Of a stretch of DNA of 26,177 nucleotides, positions 24,880 to 26,177 are shown piece by piece. The first letter of the stretch is position 1; each line of letters opens with the position of its first letter. This DNA comes from Candidatus Undinarchaeales archaeon. GTDB taxonomy: Archaea > SpSt-1190 > JASMDC01. The stretch lies in NCBI GenBank assembly GCA_030753015.1, contig JASMDC010000048.1, positions 1 through 26,177 of the forward strand, read 5' to 3'. Under the pieces are notes generated by a model that saw only the letters and a program-made list of their open reading frames with translations, did no database searches and was not told where the DNA came from. Made by a program: the position numbers and the translations under genes.

Positions 24880-26031
24880 TCATTTCTTGATATGGACCTC
24901 GACCGTATCCCCGTCTCCCACCGAGTGGTCCAGCCCGACCTTCTGGCCGGGGAACCTGGCCGATCCCCAGATGCGGGCGAAGGTGAAGCGCTTGACCAAG
25001 TCCTTGTGGACGCGGATCGCCACGTCCCGCACCGTTGAATCTACGGGCAGCGTGATGGGTTTCTCCACGCGCTTCTTCCCGGGCGACTTCGTGTATACCC
25101 TGATGAGCCCGAGCTTGTCCCACACGCCGTCCCGCACCAGCTCCATCCCCTCACCCTTGAGGGGGGAGGCAGGGAGGACCGTTAGATGCGGAAAGGCCTT
25201 CTTCAGTGCTTCGAACCCCTCGGTGGAGCCGGAAAGGTCCCCCTTGGTGACCACGATCACCAGTCTCTGGTACTGGATCCGCTTGTCCATCACCCGCTCC
25301 ACGTCCAGAACGGTGGCCCGGCCCACGAGGCGCACGGTCGCGCAGTGGATGTTGCGTGCCTGGAAGGCTTGCCGTATCTCGGCGGGATCCCCGTCGAGGT
25401 ACTTCTCCCCCAGGATCTCGATGCCGCCCGTCGAGCCCACTTCGACCTTCACGGGGGGGGCGGGTCGGTCGGTGATGATGCCGCCTGACGTCAGCTCCTC
25501 GACGATTAGCTCCAGGGATCCCACGGGATCGTCGATCGCGTCGATCACGGCAACGATCATGTCGGCGTTGCGCACAATACCGAGGTAGGAACGACCGTTC
25601 TCCGTGTCGCGCCAGTCCTCCATGACCGCTGGGATCTCGACCAGCTGCACCGGGGCCCGGCCGCAGGGCATCATGGCGATCGTGGGCAGGGCGGTGGTAA
25701 AGGCGTAGTCGGCAACCTCGACGTTGGCGTTGGTAAGTAAGTTTAGCAGGGCCGACTTGCCCGCATTGGGGAGGCCAATGACGGCCACCTGTGCCGCACC
25801 GTCCTTGCGTACCGAGATAGAGAAGCGCTTGCCGGCGGTAGCGGCACGCTCATCCAGGTCACGCATGCGGGCCAGTTTGCGCTTCCATACCATGCGCAGC
25901 TTCTCGGTCCCCTTGTGCTTGGGGATGATCGAGAGGATGTTCGCGATGGCCTTCATCTTCTCCTTGGTACTGGTGGCTTCGTCGTAGGCGTTGGAGGCCG
26001 AGATGAACCCAGGTGGGAGATTGGTAGGCAT
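24880..26031 (-). CDS. drg: DRG/OBG-family GTPase with C-terminal TGS domain
   Basis: MPTNLPP, PKHKGTEKL, GLPNAGKS, YAFTT, TKGD, IRVYTK, ARIWG, GQKVGLDH. Confidence 0.93.
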   Translation of the reverse strand: MPTNLPPGFISASNAYDEATSTKEKMKAIANILSIIPKHKGTEKLRMVWKRKLARMRDLDERAATAGKRFSISVRKDGAAQVAVIGLPNAGKSALLNLLTNANVEVADYAFTTALPTIAMMPCGRAPVQLVEIPAVMEDWRDTENGRSYLGIVRNADMIVAVIDAIDDPVGSLELIVEELTSGGIITDRPAPPVKVEVGSTGGIEILGEKYLDGDPAEIRQAFQARNIHCATVRLVGRATVLDVERVMDKRIQYQRLVIVVTKGDLSGSTEGFEALKKAFPHLTVLPASPLKGEGMELVRDGVWDKLGLIRVYTKSPGKKRVEKPITLPVDSTVRDVAIRVHKDLVKRFTFARIWGSARFPGQKVGLDHSVGDGDTVEVHIKK

Positions 26032-26177
26032 GGTCCGGATGACAAGAAAGGTGAAAGCAGATTAAAGCCTTTCGCCGGGGCGGCGCCTTACTCATATAAT
26101 ATACCTTAATCCAAAGGGAGGGTTTAAATACGGCGTGTCGCTGCCGAGTAGTAACAGAATGGGGCCTGAACGCTCTG

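Noticed and set aside
26120-26177. TTTAAATA promoter and ATG 26159 of a following gene
   Set aside because: Truncated by the window edge; only six codons are visible

Overview
GC-rich, gene-dense archaeal chromosome segment. Archaeal markers include PINA ATPase, DacZ diadenylate cyclase, a UPF0282 MBL hydrolase, a DRG GTPase, BRE/TATA promoters and tRNA-Arg(CCT). The GQxxxEFLxTYGW pilins suggest a DPANN-like lineage (inference only). The left end is a cell-surface locus: two paralogous small membrane proteins, a class III signal-peptide pilin, and a ~1057-codon pilin-adhesin fusion (7 FG-GAP repeats, Pro/Thr linkers, CBM-like domain, second propeller) broken by one in-frame TGA. Housekeeping genes (larA-like, AOR, dus, argG, argH, drg) are interleaved with unusual modules: a beta-COP/adaptin-appendage-like protein; a coupled HExxH protein / nucleoside phosphorylase / radical SAM operon behind a 26-bp palindrome; a box C/D sRNA with a 12-nt antisense element to the 16S rRNA 3' end; a GCS2-like ligase with a frameshifted start plus two gamma-glutamylcyclotransferases; and an orphan HipA/PI3K-like kinase. 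No CRISPR array or mobile element was seen. All family calls come from motif recognition by eye; no database searches were run.
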